NCBI RefSeq assembly: GCF_018350175.1
Contig: NC_058368.1
Span: 98,768,001-98,832,000, forward strand
Source: Felis catus
Lineage: Eukaryota
Length of the DNA: 64,000 nucleotides
Direction of reading: 5' to 3'
The translations under genes were made by a program, and so were the position numbers. A model generated the notes under the pieces. The model saw nothing but the letters and a program-made list of their open reading frames with translations, had not been told where the DNA came from and searched no databases. Shown piece by piece: positions 62,800 to 64,000 of this stretch; position 1 is the first letter of the stretch, and every line of letters starts with the position of its first letter.

Positions 62800-64000
62800 A
62801 CCAGTGTTAAATATTTATTTTATTTTCAAGTTGTAAAATGTTTCACACATGACAGAAAATAAATAAATTAATGTAATGAATGTAACTCAGGCTTAAGAAA
62901 TGTTAACCCTTTATCAAAATTACTTGGCATCAAGTTTTAACTTATATTTTTCACGTTTATTCATTTTTGGGGGAGACAGAGAGCCAGCGGGGGAAGGACA
63001 GAGAGAGAGACACACACACAGAATACCAAACAGGCTGCAGGCTCTGAGCTGTCAGTACAGAGCTGGGTGTGGGGCTTGAGCTCACAAGTGGTGAGATTAG
63101 GACCTGAGCCGAAGTTGGAGGCTTTACCCACTGAGCCACCCAGGCACCTTGACTTTACATCAAGTTTTAAAAGAAATAAAGTGTTTTAGCTGTAGGGCTG
63201 CTGCCTCTTGATATCCATTCCCGTTTCTCTTTGCCTAAACTTGACGTGTATTATTTATTTTCACATTATATAAATGAAACCACCCTTCTCTATATAAACA
63301 ACACAGACACACTGAGTACGTATATTTTAACTTTTTTACATTCAACATTAGTTTTTTGGGATTGACCCCTGCTGATACATATAGTTCTAGTTACTTCCTT
63401 TGAACCACTTTATGTTTTCATACCCAGTCACTCGCTAACAGATATTTAGACTGTTTCCAGTCTTATGCTATGAGAAAACAAACAGCCTGCAAGGAACTAT
63501 GCTTCTTCAACCCTATGCACATCTCTTCAAGTTCCTCTGGAGTAGTGTAGGCTTTGTTCATAAAAGACCTATATTGTAGGATATGGACCTTACCCACTTT
63601 ATAGGATGTTGTCAAACATTTTCCCAACAGACTGAATTAATATAGGCATTAGCAATGTATGAAGTTCCCATTTATCCACCACATCATCATCATCGGTTGG
63701 AATTATCAGATTATTTTGTTTTCACAAACTATTGAGTAAGAAAGGCTATTGCATCTGTCTTCAGTTTGCCCTCCCTTGATTACTTGTGAGGTCGTTGGCA
63801 TTTTCATGATTTTTGGAAATTTGGCATTTGCCTGGTGTCAGTTACTTTTTCATATCCTTTTTTCCAGTTTTCATGTGTATATGTGTACATAAGCTCTAAA
63901 GTTTGCTTCATTCTTTTTTTTTTGCCTAAATTAGTACTGATACAATAGTGTTTTAAGAAAAATTTAGATTGTTTTGGCTTAGTGTTCGTAGAGCTGTGTC
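62800..64000 (-). mobile_element. Old L1 (L1ME-like) 3' region
   Basis: cagatatttagactgtttccag...caatgtatgaagttcccatttatccac...tttgccctcccttgattacttgtgagg. Confidence 0.75.
62946..63149 (-). mobile_element. CanSINE within the L1ME
   Basis: Reverse SINE; flanking catcaagttttaa repeats. Confidence 0.93.

Noticed and set aside
740..63139. The many 60-159 aa ORFs with motifs such as AQVMISQFVSSSP, SLSLSL or RERERE
   Set aside because: They are chance translations of CanSINEs and their (CT)n tracts, not genes.
1..64000. CRISPR array, operon or other prokaryote-type system
   Set aside because: The sequence is mammalian, with no regularly spaced repeat-spacer array and no long intact ORFs.

Overview
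Mammalian nuclear DNA, almost certainly from a cat-family (Felidae) genome: it carries about 40 carnivore tRNA-derived SINEs, including young SINEC_Fc-type copies, and feline-type L1 3' ends. The window is AT-rich, CpG-poor and intronic or intergenic. I recognise no protein-coding gene. Nearly all supplied ORFs are chance frames in SINEs, microsatellites or decayed LINE/DNA-transposon sequence. The window also holds L1, L2, MIR, MaLR LTRs, a solo ERV LTR, a near full-length Tigger1 and several hAT and Tigger remnants. The most notable observations are: (i) a ~320-bp templated copy of 14620-14942 pasted at 17281-17599 between ~65-bp direct repeats; (ii) multi-level transposon nests, namely an LTR in a SINE in an L1 and an L1 in a SINE in a MIR; (iii) a 17-nt candidate microexon with strong splice sites; (iv) a CTCF-like motif near a triplicated octamer; (v) a switch in SINE orientation at about 41-43 kb; and (vi) very old RTE-like and Tigger-like coding fossils. 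I found no convincing evidence of a new biological system. Repeat family names come from recalled consensus features, not a database search.
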